The translations under genes were made by a program, and so were the position numbers. The notes under the pieces were generated by a model that did not search any database, was not told where the DNA came from, and was given only the letters and a program-made list of their open reading frames with translations. Below, piece after piece: positions 8,627 through 17,667 of a stretch of 40,491 bases of DNA. Location of the stretch: positions 1 to 40,491 of the forward strand of contig CAYJJP010000001.1 of NCBI GenBank assembly GCA_964370525.1. Reading direction: 5' to 3'. The stretch is from an uncultured Desulfovibrionaceae bacterium. GTDB lineage: Bacteria; Desulfobacterota; Desulfovibrionia; Desulfovibrionales; Desulfovibrionaceae. Within the stretch, counting starts at the first letter, position 1, and each line of letters opens with the position of its first letter.

Positions 8627-8666
8627 ACTATAAAATAAACGGCGTTAATGTCTCCACTAACGCCGT
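8627..8666 (-). terminator. intrinsic terminator between the 301-aa gene and the giant ORF
   Basis: 9-bp stem ACGGCGTTA/TAACGCCGT (8639-8666), followed on the minus strand by TTATTTTAT. Confidence 0.5.
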
Positions 8667-8677
8667 AAAACTATTAC

Positions 8678-9583
8678 CTAACCTGTATATCTAAACTGTC
8701 CATATTCCGGGATACCCATAAGTCTGGCGGAATACCCAAGCGTCGCGCTTCGCATAGCGTTCTGCCTCATTTTTTCAAGTTCCTCTTGCCGTTGTTTTTC
8801 GGACGTCGACATTCCCGAACTGGACATATTAACAACAGGTGAAACTCCATTATACGAAGCCCCCCCGCTGTATGTTGGCGTTGCGTACCCGTAGTCGCCG
8901 CCTTGGAAAGCTCCCATGTTCATCATAGCCTCCGCCATAGCAAGCTCGGTATCCATCGTTGCAGTAGCCAAGTTTGCGTTGTTGCTTGCAATCGCCGCCG
9001 CCGCCTGTCGCTTAAGGTCGCCAACTTCCTGCGTAGTAAGTTCGGTAATCTCATTTCGTGCGTTTCCGTATTCCGAGTTCATTCCAAGTAAAGCGGTCTC
9101 CGAAAGCCCCCCGCCGCCCGAAATGGCCGCCGTCTGCGGAAGATCTCTTTTTGCGCGCTCATACTGAACGTATTCTCCTCGCTTATTTTTTTCGCCCTGC
9201 GCTTCAATGTCGCCAATATCTGCATCGCGCTGTTGTTCAATTAATGCGTTGGCTTCCGCCGTCGCTTGCCTTTGCGCGGCAAGACGCTGTGCCATAAGAC
9301 TTTGAACCTGCGCAAAAGGGTTATAAGCGGTACTACTATCCGAAGTTCCGCCGGAATACCCTCCCGAATATCCGCCGCTTGAATAACTTGTCGCCGGCGC
9401 CGTTGTGTTTTTTGTTGCCGTTCCCGGCTGAACCGTAAACGAATACGGTTGAGTCGACTGATTTCCGGTAAAATTACTTATATGATAGTTTGATTCCATA
9501 GGCGCGCGCCATGCGCTTGCAGACGTCGGTTTATTATTATATGCAGTTACACCAGTCCAATTTGAAATTCTACCTAAAGACAT
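8678..9583 (-). CDS. hypothetical protein (301 aa), low-complexity Gly/Ser/Tyr and Ala/Gln coiled regions
   Basis: ORF track; RBS AAAGGAGAGG; GGYSGGYSGG tract. Confidence 0.6.
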   Translation of the reverse strand: MSLGRISNWTGVTAYNNKPTSASAWRAPMESNYHISNFTGNQSTQPYSFTVQPGTATKNTTAPATSYSSGGYSGGYSGGTSDSSTAYNPFAQVQSLMAQRLAAQRQATAEANALIEQQRDADIGDIEAQGEKNKRGEYVQYERAKRDLPQTAAISGGGGLSETALLGMNSEYGNARNEITELTTQEVGDLKRQAAAAIASNNANLATATMDTELAMAEAMMNMGAFQGGDYGYATPTYSGGASYNGVSPVVNMSSSGMSTSEKQRQEELEKMRQNAMRSATLGYSARLMGIPEYGQFRYTG

Positions 9584-9610
9584 GTTTCACCTCTCCTTTT
9601 ATTAAAATTA

Positions 9611-9639
9611 AAAGGCAACGAGGTTTTCTCGTCGCCTTT
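9611..9639 (-). terminator. hairpin / possible terminator after the lysis cassette
   Basis: 12-bp stem AAAGGC(G)ACGAG/CTCGT(T)GCCTTT, with a G-U pair only in the minus-strand RNA, followed by TAATTTTAAT. Confidence 0.4.
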
Positions 9640-9658
9640 TGAGTTTAATTGCCATTGT

Positions 9659-10120
9659 TTATTCTGCGCCGTTATCTTTAATAAATTCTTTTAAATGCGG
9701 AAGTGCTAAAACTGCCGCCTCGATAGATCCGTCAATAACTTTTTCGATTTCCGGCGTAACCATAAACCCCGAAACATTAAGCGACTCGATAACAAACTCA
9801 AAAGCGGCGGCTTTCCTGTCATCCTCCGCAAGTTTATCCATCTTATAAAGTTGCTCCGCTTGTTCAACGCCCTTTTGCGCGTACAATATAATTTTGTCTG
9901 CCATATTAACCGCCGAATTGTTTGGGAAAACGACCTTTAAAGCCTCAACAACAACATCAAGCCCAACAAGTGTGCCGGCCGTTGCGTCGATAGCGCCGCC
10001 TACGTTAAAGCCGATTTTTCTAAAAAACGGCAACAAAACAACCGCGACAAAAACGACCAAAACCGCAAAAAGCACAATTAAACCAAGAACAACTAGTGGA
10101 TTTTGAAAAAATTCTAACAT
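9659..10120 (-). CDS. holin, LL-H family-like
   Basis: N-terminal TM segment LVVLGLIVLFAVLVVFVAVVLLPFF. The C-terminal part, YAQKGVEQAEQLY..RKAAAFEFVIESL..IDGSIEAAVLAL, matches the LL-H holin pattern. Adjacent to the endolysin. Confidence 0.65.
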   Translation of the reverse strand: MLEFFQNPLVVLGLIVLFAVLVVFVAVVLLPFFRKIGFNVGGAIDATAGTLVGLDVVVEALKVVFPNNSAVNMADKIILYAQKGVEQAEQLYKMDKLAEDDRKAAAFEFVIESLNVSGFMVTPEIEKVIDGSIEAAVLALPHLKEFIKDNGAE

Positions 10121-10138
10121 GTAAAAACCTCTTTCTTT

Positions 10139-11014
10139 TTATATTTTTTTTATAACGGCGGAATATCCTGCCGTCTCTAACTGTTTTAAAAGCTCGTCCG
10201 CTTCCGTTTTACTTAAAACGCTTTGAAGCTCAACGGTATAGCGTTCCGGCTCGGGCGTGGGAGGTGTATCAACGTTAATTTTTGTTCGTCCCGAAAACTC
10301 CGAAACCCAAAAAAGCCCCCGACCCGTATCTACCAACGCCCAATTATAAACGTTGATACAAATTGCAACGATAGGGTAAACCCCGACATTGAAGAAATCG
10401 CCAAAAACCGTTTTACTTCGGTCATAACCTCCGACAACATATTGATAATCGTCGGTCTCGGGAATTGTCCTAAATCTTACGTCGCCGTCAAAAACCGTCA
10501 TCGTCCCGGTGACGCTTGTCGCCGGAATATTCGGCTCGGGATATGGAATAGGCTTAGCCATCGAAAGCCCTCTCGGGTTATAAAACTCCTGTCCCGGCAT
10601 AAGGTGACAAACCGACATAGGATCGACGGCATATCGTGTGCGGTCGTTATAGTTATAAACATAATTATCCGGCGTTATCCATGTCTCAAAATGAAGATGC
10701 GGGCCAGTCGTCGCGGCCCCTGTGTTACCGGTATACCCGATAAGCTCGCCGCGCTCAACCGTTTGATTTATCTTCGCAACCCTCGAGCTTAAATGCGCAT
10801 ATCTCGACAATTTGTTTTGCCCTTGGATAACCAGCATATATCCTCCGGCATTGTCGTAAAACGACCCAATAACCTTTCCGTCATGCGCCGCATACAAAGG
10901 CGTCCCGATGTTGCAAGCGGAGTCCAGGCCATAATGCATCGTCGTTCGACCTTGAACTGTATACATAACAAACCGCGCCGAAACGCTTATAACGTTAATT
11001 GGAAACTGAAACAT
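10139..11014 (-). CDS. endolysin: M23 (LytM-type) metallopeptidase with C-terminal SPOR-like domain
   Basis: HYGLD..GTPLYAAHDGKV..YAHLS..GNTGAATTGPHLHFE (M23 HxxxD / HxH motifs). C-terminus RYTVELQSVLSKTEADELLKQLETAGYSAVI is SPOR-like. Confidence 0.85.
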   Translation of the reverse strand: MFQFPINVISVSARFVMYTVQGRTTMHYGLDSACNIGTPLYAAHDGKVIGSFYDNAGGYMLVIQGQNKLSRYAHLSSRVAKINQTVERGELIGYTGNTGAATTGPHLHFETWITPDNYVYNYNDRTRYAVDPMSVCHLMPGQEFYNPRGLSMAKPIPYPEPNIPATSVTGTMTVFDGDVRFRTIPETDDYQYVVGGYDRSKTVFGDFFNVGVYPIVAICINVYNWALVDTGRGLFWVSEFSGRTKINVDTPPTPEPERYTVELQSVLSKTEADELLKQLETAGYSAVIKKI

Positions 11015-11015
11015 A

Positions 11016-11285
11016 CTAACCCTCCTTTCGGTTCGGACACCTTTTTAAAACTGCTATTTCTTTTGAGTTTTCGCTAATTTGAACGCTGTGTTCGTTAAGC
11101 CTTTCCCAAATATAGCCTTTACTTTTCTCTTGCGCCGCTTCGCTTTGAGAAAAACGCTCGTCAAGGGTTTTTATGTTTTCCGACAAAATAGTTATAGCTT
11201 TAGTTAATTTAATTATTGGCGTTGTTACCGTAACAATAAAGCCTACAACTACCCCGATAACAACAAAAACTTGCCATTCAGTCAT
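11016..11285 (-). CDS. N-terminal TM plus coiled-coil protein (89 aa); possible lysis accessory or holin-like
   Basis: TM segment WQVFVVIGVVVGFIVTVTTPII; lies immediately upstream of the endolysin. Confidence 0.4.
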   Translation of the reverse strand: MTEWQVFVVIGVVVGFIVTVTTPIIKLTKAITILSENIKTLDERFSQSEAAQEKSKGYIWERLNEHSVQISENSKEIAVLKRCPNRKEG

Positions 11286-11300
11286 ACGTTATTCCTCCGC

Positions 11301-12356
11301 TTATGTTATTGTTAGACCTTTGCCAAAAAAACGAGTGATTCCAAAAGCATACGTGAATTCAATTCCTTCTATTCGCAGCCCGGAACTTGTTTCGCCTTGT
11401 GAAATCGCCGGAATATTTTGCTCTACTCCCGGAGTCGTCATGAACTGCGACGATATACCGACGTTGTTTCTTGGGTTTTGAACTTCAATCTTTACGGGAG
11501 GGAAATCTGTACCTTGAATATACGCAATCAATTTAAAGTTTAAGAACCACACAGAAACGGTATCCAATTGCCATTTAACCCAATACTCCGATTGGCCTAT
11601 CGCCCCAACCCAAGATGGCCCCGGGTATGTCGGGGTTCCATTAACAAAAGCCTTATAAGGACTGAAAGTGGTTCCTTGGAAATCTGGGAACTGTGAACTA
11701 GTACTCGCCACGCCCTCGGGCGTTGTGTTACTCGTCATAATCGGGTTGGTGCAGTAGTACTGAGAACTTTCAATTGCCGTTTCTGCAACACTTGAACCCA
11801 AAACAGCGGGTTGAATAATTTCCGTCGACCGCAACATATAGTTGTTTGCGTTGTTTGAATTGAAAAGTACTTTCAAAATCTCAACATCTGCAACAACTTC
11901 TTCAATCGTCATGCCCGAAAGATCAACGGGGGTTGCGGTGTCTTTTTGCGTACATCTACCCCAAATAACAATATCGTCAGTCGGCAATACTGTTTTACCG
12001 TCCGGAATATAAAACGAAAACTGAACCCAATTGCCGGTAAAAACATAAGCGTTAACCGACACAAAGTTTCCGTCAACAACTTGCAATGCGTTTTTCAGAT
12101 AAATAGTAACTTGATTTTTGTTACCACTCGAAAAAACTTTTACAAAATTGTCACCACCCTCGGTTGTCGTTATAAATATGTCGCCGTTTAAATACTCGGT
12201 CGGTGACTTGCTGTCAAAAAAAACTGTTTGATATGGAATTGACGTCTCGACAAATACAAGACCTTCTTGACCTGTCGGCAAACTGTCGCCGATAACAACT
12301 TCTAAATCAACCAAAGAAGATCCACCACTCTGCCCCTTTAAAAAAGCTTGTCCCAT
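11301..12356 (-). CDS. putative receptor-binding / tail fibre protein with C-terminal discoidin (F5/8 type C)-like carbohydrate-binding domain
   Basis: 351 aa. The C-terminal SPYKAFVNGTPTYPGPSWVGAIGQSEYWVKWQLDTVSVW pattern resembles discoidin CBMs. Position is the last structural gene before lysis. Confidence 0.35.
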   Translation of the reverse strand: MGQAFLKGQSGGSSLVDLEVVIGDSLPTGQEGLVFVETSIPYQTVFFDSKSPTEYLNGDIFITTTEGGDNFVKVFSSGNKNQVTIYLKNALQVVDGNFVSVNAYVFTGNWVQFSFYIPDGKTVLPTDDIVIWGRCTQKDTATPVDLSGMTIEEVVADVEILKVLFNSNNANNYMLRSTEIIQPAVLGSSVAETAIESSQYYCTNPIMTSNTTPEGVASTSSQFPDFQGTTFSPYKAFVNGTPTYPGPSWVGAIGQSEYWVKWQLDTVSVWFLNFKLIAYIQGTDFPPVKIEVQNPRNNVGISSQFMTTPGVEQNIPAISQGETSSGLRIEGIEFTYAFGITRFFGKGLTIT

Positions 12357-12359
12357 AAA

Positions 12360-13052
12360 CTAAACAACCTCCGTTATCGGAAGATCTAAAACCTGCCCTT
12401 TGTGGAGAAACTCCGCTTGAACAGGAATATCTATTTCGGGTTTTTTTGAACAATAAAACGTCAATTTTCCGTCAGATGTTATCCCAACGTCAATAAGCGA
12501 AAAACCACCGTCAAGTTTGTTTTTTTCCGACAACCATTCGTCGTAACCCGCAAAACTTGAAATGTCGGGATAGTTAACCGAAACATGTGGTGTGTCGGTT
12601 GAAAGAATGTCGTCATATTCCAAACTAAATGTAAACGGAGAAACGTCTCCAACCCAATCGGTCGATAAAATTTTAAAATACAAAATAGATCTTTTATTAT
12701 CGGTATATAAAAAGATATCTCGGCTCTCGCCCCTCGGGTCGTAAATGTTTCTCGGCATTCCGTCACCCCCCGGAATATCTCCGCCACCCGTTCCAATAAT
12801 TGTGATTGTTTGGCCATTTCGAACAATCGTGATATACGGCCCTTGTTTAATATTGTCGGGACCAAAACTTTCTTCATTTAAATACGTTTCAATAGCTTCA
12901 AGTGCTGCGTTATACTTTGGACGAAAATAACCAAACATTTTATCAAACCAAGTTTTGTTTCGCGTCGCGCCTTGGTTAAGAACATTTGGTGCGGCTTGAA
13001 GGTTATTTTCTCGCTCTTCTTGTTCCGATATCTGAAACTGTTTTAACTCCAC
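12360..13052 (-). CDS. structural protein, function unknown (230 aa)
   Basis: ORF track; tightly packed in the structural operon. Confidence 0.5.
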   Translation of the reverse strand: MELKQFQISEQEERENNLQAAPNVLNQGATRNKTWFDKMFGYFRPKYNAALEAIETYLNEESFGPDNIKQGPYITIVRNGQTITIIGTGGGDIPGGDGMPRNIYDPRGESRDIFLYTDNKRSILYFKILSTDWVGDVSPFTFSLEYDDILSTDTPHVSVNYPDISSFAGYDEWLSEKNKLDGGFSLIDVGITSDGKLTFYCSKKPEIDIPVQAEFLHKGQVLDLPITEVV

Positions 13053-13058
13053 TAATCT

Positions 13059-15101
13059 TTACCCCCTCGCCTGCTTATTAGTTATTACATACATCTTTGT
13101 TATTGAAACAATACCGAATGTCCGCTCCAAATCCTCAACCGTAAATATATATTGAAGAGTTCCATATTTCTTAATTCGTTTCTTCATCCAAAACGGTTGT
13201 GCAAACGTAGTTGAGTTGAAATCAATAAACGCAAAATCAATATCGTCAAAGTCAAAGATGCTCGCCGTCTTAAATTCCGGCTTTGTCGGGTTGCGAAGCC
13301 CTAAATTTGTGTTGTAATATAAATTAACATACGACCGTAAAAACGGTTTTAAGACAACGCTACAACCCTTTTTTGTCGTGCTTTTAAGATACGAACTGTC
13401 GTCTCCATCCTGCTTTGTAGTAAAAAGATAGAAAATCGGTTGTCCCGCCTCTTCTAAAGTTCCGCCGTCTTGATAATCCTTTGTCGTTCCGCTGTCCCGA
13501 AACTTGCAAAGCTCGCCGTCCGCGGTTCCAAACCAAAGACTATCGCCAATAGAAAGATAACAAGTAGGGTTATACCCTATCCAATAATATGCCGGGTGCG
13601 GATACTGCTTTTGAACGTCGGTAACCTCGGTCACCCTGCCGTCCAAAAGATAAGTTCGCCCAACCTCGGGAACCATAGAAACCGTGATATTCCCCTCGTC
13701 GTCGGTAACCTCTTTTTCTCGGAACTCGTCGCTCTTAACCGAAAGCAAATAATATCCGTTCCATTCTGTAGCAACCGCTTCTTTTAAATACTTTTCTTTT
13801 TTTAGCTGGTCGTCTATCCAATACGAACGGTTTTGCAAAACGGCCTGTTGATTAACTGCGTTCGATATAATCGCAAATATCCCCGACTTTGAAAGAAATA
13901 ACGGTTCGTCTCGTAAATTATAAAAAGAATGCGGAGAAACCGCCCCCGTCGAAACTATTCCCGGTTGCGTAAAAAATACGACTTTTCCCTCGGTAACCTC
14001 GCCGGTTCTAAAATATATAGTGCTGTCCTGCGAATTGTCTTCTTTAACGATAGCCAAAGACGAATAAAACTTTAGATATCCTAAAATCGCCGTATTCTCG
14101 CTTCCGGCTATTCCGTAATTTGTGTCGGGAAAATACGACGGGTCTTGAACCTCACACCACCAGTCATAATTGCGAAACTCTTCATTTCGAGTTACAAAAA
14201 TCCTTTGCGCGCCCCCAACTCCAAACTGCGTAAATGTCTGACATTTATTTATTTTGGCGGCGTATCCCTCAACCGTTTTTGCATAGGTAATGAAAACGTT
14301 GTCTTCGCCCTCAACTGGCGATTCGGGCGGCGCCGTGTTAAACGTAACAACCCCCGTCTCGCGGTTAACGGTAAAGCCCGAAGAACCCGAAGCGTTTTCG
14401 GTATAATAAACGGGGTCGCCGTCCGTTATGCGAACAACGTCAACCGTCGTCTCGTCAAGCGGCTTTGTGCTAAGCTGAAACGTCTTGGCCGTTCCGTCGC
14501 CATATTTCTTTTCGGTGCGTTTCGGTTGCAAGAGGTTAACCCCCTCTAAAACCTCGCCGCCCCCCGTGCTCTTGCCGGCGATAGTGACAACCGGTATCTT
14601 TGCAATAGCTTCAACCTTGTCTACAACATACGTGTCAACGCTTTTCGCCTCGTCTTTTTTTACATCAATGTAAAAATAACCCTCGCCCGTCAAGATAAAT
14701 CCTAACGTCCTTGGCGGAACCGGGTCGTCGGGCGCGATAAGAAAACTTTCCGCCCAAAGGTCAAAAAAGATAACGCTTTTCCTGTCCGGTAAACCGTCAT
14801 AAATTTCCGTTATTGTGTCGTCGTCAAAAACGTAAAGTTTTGTCCCTGCGTGACAAAAATACAATGCCTTTTGATTAATGTAACCGTATTCAAGACAATT
14901 TATATTCCCCTCGAGCTTATGAACAACCCTAAAACCTTTTCGCCCAACAATAACGCCGTTTTCGTTAATCATGTTAACAATCTCGGGCGACTTGTTTGGA
15001 GGACAAAGAAAAGGATCTCGAACGAAACAAGCGCCGGTAAAATCTTTATATTCCGTCTTATATGTTTTTAAACTCGGAGGCTTCGGGCGTTTAATCTCCA
15101 T
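13059..15101 (-). CDS. large structural protein (680 aa), tail/nozzle-like by position
   Basis: ORF track; lies downstream of the capsid genes. No motif recognised. Confidence 0.45.
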   Translation of the reverse strand: MEIKRPKPPSLKTYKTEYKDFTGACFVRDPFLCPPNKSPEIVNMINENGVIVGRKGFRVVHKLEGNINCLEYGYINQKALYFCHAGTKLYVFDDDTITEIYDGLPDRKSVIFFDLWAESFLIAPDDPVPPRTLGFILTGEGYFYIDVKKDEAKSVDTYVVDKVEAIAKIPVVTIAGKSTGGGEVLEGVNLLQPKRTEKKYGDGTAKTFQLSTKPLDETTVDVVRITDGDPVYYTENASGSSGFTVNRETGVVTFNTAPPESPVEGEDNVFITYAKTVEGYAAKINKCQTFTQFGVGGAQRIFVTRNEEFRNYDWWCEVQDPSYFPDTNYGIAGSENTAILGYLKFYSSLAIVKEDNSQDSTIYFRTGEVTEGKVVFFTQPGIVSTGAVSPHSFYNLRDEPLFLSKSGIFAIISNAVNQQAVLQNRSYWIDDQLKKEKYLKEAVATEWNGYYLLSVKSDEFREKEVTDDEGNITVSMVPEVGRTYLLDGRVTEVTDVQKQYPHPAYYWIGYNPTCYLSIGDSLWFGTADGELCKFRDSGTTKDYQDGGTLEEAGQPIFYLFTTKQDGDDSSYLKSTTKKGCSVVLKPFLRSYVNLYYNTNLGLRNPTKPEFKTASIFDFDDIDFAFIDFNSTTFAQPFWMKKRIKKYGTLQYIFTVEDLERTFGIVSITKMYVITNKQARG

Positions 15102-15103
15102 AA

Positions 15104-16042
15104 CTAATACCCCTTAGTATTCAATATATTTCCGGTCACGTTTTTTCCCGACGGAAGTTGTTTCTTTCCCGCCGTCAAAACGTCATACATATAAGCGGCT
15201 CTTTCAACAGATATCTCGTTCTCGTCCATGTTATACAGCTCAACAAGCAAGTAAAGAAAAATCCCGTAATCCTGTTGCGGAATATCTATCAATAGCTCAT
15301 CTTTTGACGAAGAACTAAGCCTCGGATAATTTCGGCGATAATATATCTTCTTTTCTGTCCTGTCAAAACCGTTAACAACAAGAATCGTTCCCGTCTCGTC
15401 CGGCTCAATCCTGTAATCTGTTAAACTAACATACCCCTCGCCCGTTTTATACTGAAACTTTTCGGGCGAAAAACTTTGAAAAGGATACCAATATCCGATC
15501 TCGGGATCTTCGCTATCCAAAAGTTCTTTTGTAAGTTCTCGAAAATCATATTCAACAAAACAAGCAAACGCCGGAATGTCTTTCGGGTCGTTGCTGTAAA
15601 TCGCTTCGTAAATTGCTATATCTTTAACAAAAAACAAAAACTCGCCGAAAAATCGAATAGAAGTCTCGCCGTTTATAAATCCGCGAAACTCGATAAACTC
15701 TTTGCTCGAAAAACTTTCCGCGTCCCTTTCGCCGTCTTCGTCCGTTACAGAAAAACTTCCATTCCCCGAAACTTTAAAATAATACGACCTTCCCGCTCCG
15801 CTTATAATATATTCCCCGTCAACCGAAACAAAATCATCAACTATATTAGATCCGTCTGCCGACAAAGTGTTAACAAGCGAATTAGCCGGAATCGTGTATG
15901 AGGCTAAATTCGGAACATCAACGGTAAAAGCCGCCAATGCCGTGTTAAATATTGTCGGAAGTTTGCTTTCTTTGTCGTCGTCCTCGAGCGACACGTCCGG
16001 CATGTTGTTTAAATCTTCTTTAATCTCTGCATATGTCGGCAT
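15104..16042 (-). CDS. structural protein (312 aa), adaptor/tail-like by position
   Basis: ORF track; follows the major capsid gene. Confidence 0.45.
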   Translation of the reverse strand: MPTYAEIKEDLNNMPDVSLEDDDKESKLPTIFNTALAAFTVDVPNLASYTIPANSLVNTLSADGSNIVDDFVSVDGEYIISGAGRSYYFKVSGNGSFSVTDEDGERDAESFSSKEFIEFRGFINGETSIRFFGEFLFFVKDIAIYEAIYSNDPKDIPAFACFVEYDFRELTKELLDSEDPEIGYWYPFQSFSPEKFQYKTGEGYVSLTDYRIEPDETGTILVVNGFDRTEKKIYYRRNYPRLSSSSKDELLIDIPQQDYGIFLYLLVELYNMDENEISVERAAYMYDVLTAGKKQLPSGKNVTGNILNTKGY

Positions 16043-16077
16043 GTGTCGCCCTCCTACGTTTCTTTAATAAAAAATTT

Positions 16078-17079
16078 CTAAAGTGCCGAACCGCCGGTTA
16101 TCCCGCCAACCGCCATAGCTCTCCAATCGTTGAAGCCTGCGATAAACCTTGCGCGCCCCTTCCAAACGTTAACGTCTGTATTGTCGTCAACGTAAGAGCT
16201 AACGTTAAGTTTAATTCTGTCATACCAAACCGCTCCGCCCGCGATCTCGTTGTAATTGCTGTCAATCAAAATATAAGGCGAAGTCCCCGATTTAATATAT
16301 TGGTTCAAATAACTCCAAACAATAATCGTCCAACGACCAAAGTTATAGTTAAATCCGTTGTTAGCCGTTGCGGGGTCTTTGTCCGCGCCAATAGCGGCGA
16401 AAACCGCCGCTTTAAGAGTTGCGTCATTCGGGATAAGAATTGTGTCGGGCGCAATGTCTAAAACGTTGTGGTTATCATCTCTGAAATCCTGCATCTTGCA
16501 TTCAAGTTTAACAAGGTTGCTGTTTGAAAACGCCCCGGCAAAAAGGTTGCTTTGGCTAAAAGTCCCGTCCAAAATCGAAGGATGTTCTTTTGAAAAGACC
16601 GAAACGCCGTCCGCGCTTGTAGTGTCAAAACTTTTATTTTTAAAATTAGTAGTAGTTCCCGAAAGCGCTCCGCCAATAAGTGCGGCGCCAAACTGCTCCC
16701 TCGTTCTGTGAAAACCTTTCAAAAATGCCGTAGGAGCTTTCTTAAAATCGATAACCTTGTCGTCTTCAACCATCTCTTGAGTTATCTTAAAGCTATCTTT
16801 CCAAACTACGTGTTCAAGGATCTTTGAATAACCCTCCTGCATTCCGTCGTTGGGATAAGCTCCGCCCTCTCCGACAGGTTGAAACCCGTCCATCGAAGTC
16901 ATTCCGGTTAGCTTAACCGAATAGTTGTTATCGCTGTCAATAGAGAATATCTTATCGACTGCGCTATTTTTTTCGTACGTTTCCATGTTACTTTCTAAAA
17001 ACTTGCGAATAGGTGCTTCGCTTTTTCCGAAAACGCTGTTGTTAACGCCCGAACTTTTTGAAAATGTTATTCCTGCCAT
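16078..17079 (-). CDS. major capsid protein (HK97-fold type, by size and position)
   Basis: 333 aa, located directly after the scaffold and DUF2190-like genes. Assignment is positional; fold or family membership could not be checked here. Confidence 0.6.
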   Translation of the reverse strand: MAGITFSKSSGVNNSVFGKSEAPIRKFLESNMETYEKNSAVDKIFSIDSDNNYSVKLTGMTSMDGFQPVGEGGAYPNDGMQEGYSKILEHVVWKDSFKITQEMVEDDKVIDFKKAPTAFLKGFHRTREQFGAALIGGALSGTTTNFKNKSFDTTSADGVSVFSKEHPSILDGTFSQSNLFAGAFSNSNLVKLECKMQDFRDDNHNVLDIAPDTILIPNDATLKAAVFAAIGADKDPATANNGFNYNFGRWTIIVWSYLNQYIKSGTSPYILIDSNYNEIAGGAVWYDRIKLNVSSYVDDNTDVNVWKGRARFIAGFNDWRAMAVGGITGGSAL

Positions 17080-17096
17080 AACTTTTTAAATCCTCC

Positions 17097-17486
17097 TTAA
17101 CTAAATTTGACGGCAACTCGGCCGCCTACGCCTTGCGTGTCCGACAAAAACGAAACAATCTCGGCTACGCCTGCCGTAGTTGTCGCCGTAACGTTTTGTC
17201 CGTCCGCCGAAAGTGTGACTTTGTTTCCAACCTTAAGCGCCGCGCCGTCCGCCGTAAGTGTCGCCTCAAACGTCATGTCGGGCAAAACTAAAATTGCCGG
17301 AACGGTAACGCCTGTTGCTCCGGTAACTTCGCCAACCGCAAGATGTGTCGGGGATGTCGTCGCCGTGACAAATTCGCCTGCGCTGTTAACTTGTAATAGC
17401 TGCCCTATTTTATAGCTCGCATCCGCCTTGGTCGCAAGATATAAAAAAGGTTCTGCCGAATTAACGTTTCTGTTGTGTAGTGTCAT
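17097..17486 (-). CDS. DUF2190-like head decoration/structural protein
   Basis: 129 aa, Gly/Ala/Thr/Val-rich beta-type sequence between scaffold and capsid genes. ATGA overlap with the upstream small ORF. Confidence 0.45.
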   Translation of the reverse strand: MTLHNRNVNSAEPFLYLATKADASYKIGQLLQVNSAGEFVTATTSPTHLAVGEVTGATGVTVPAILVLPDMTFEATLTADGAALKVGNKVTLSADGQNVTATTTAGVAEIVSFLSDTQGVGGRVAVKFS

Positions 17487-17641
17487 TTCTTCATACCTCC
17501 GCCGCTTGTAACTTTGCTCTTGTTTGCCCTTAAATCGTCGCCCGCCTTAACCGTCGCCGTGCCGTTTCCTTTTTTGTGCTGTGCCGGCGTGACAACTTGA
17601 GAACCGTTAGGACGAATTTTGCCAATCATAGAACTATCCAT
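17483..17641 (-). CDS. unlisted small ORF (52 aa, basic)
   Basis: Below the track cutoff. MDSSMIGKIRPNGSQVVTPAQHKKGNGTATVKAGDDLRANKSKVTSGGGMKK. Its TGA overlaps the ATG of the next gene (ATGA), and it fills an otherwise empty 180-nt gap. Confidence 0.45.
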   Translation of the reverse strand: MDSSMIGKIRPNGSQVVTPAQHKKGNGTATVKAGDDLRANKSKVTSGGGMKK

Positions 17642-17667
17642 AAACTTAAATTCCTTTCTTTAAAAAA

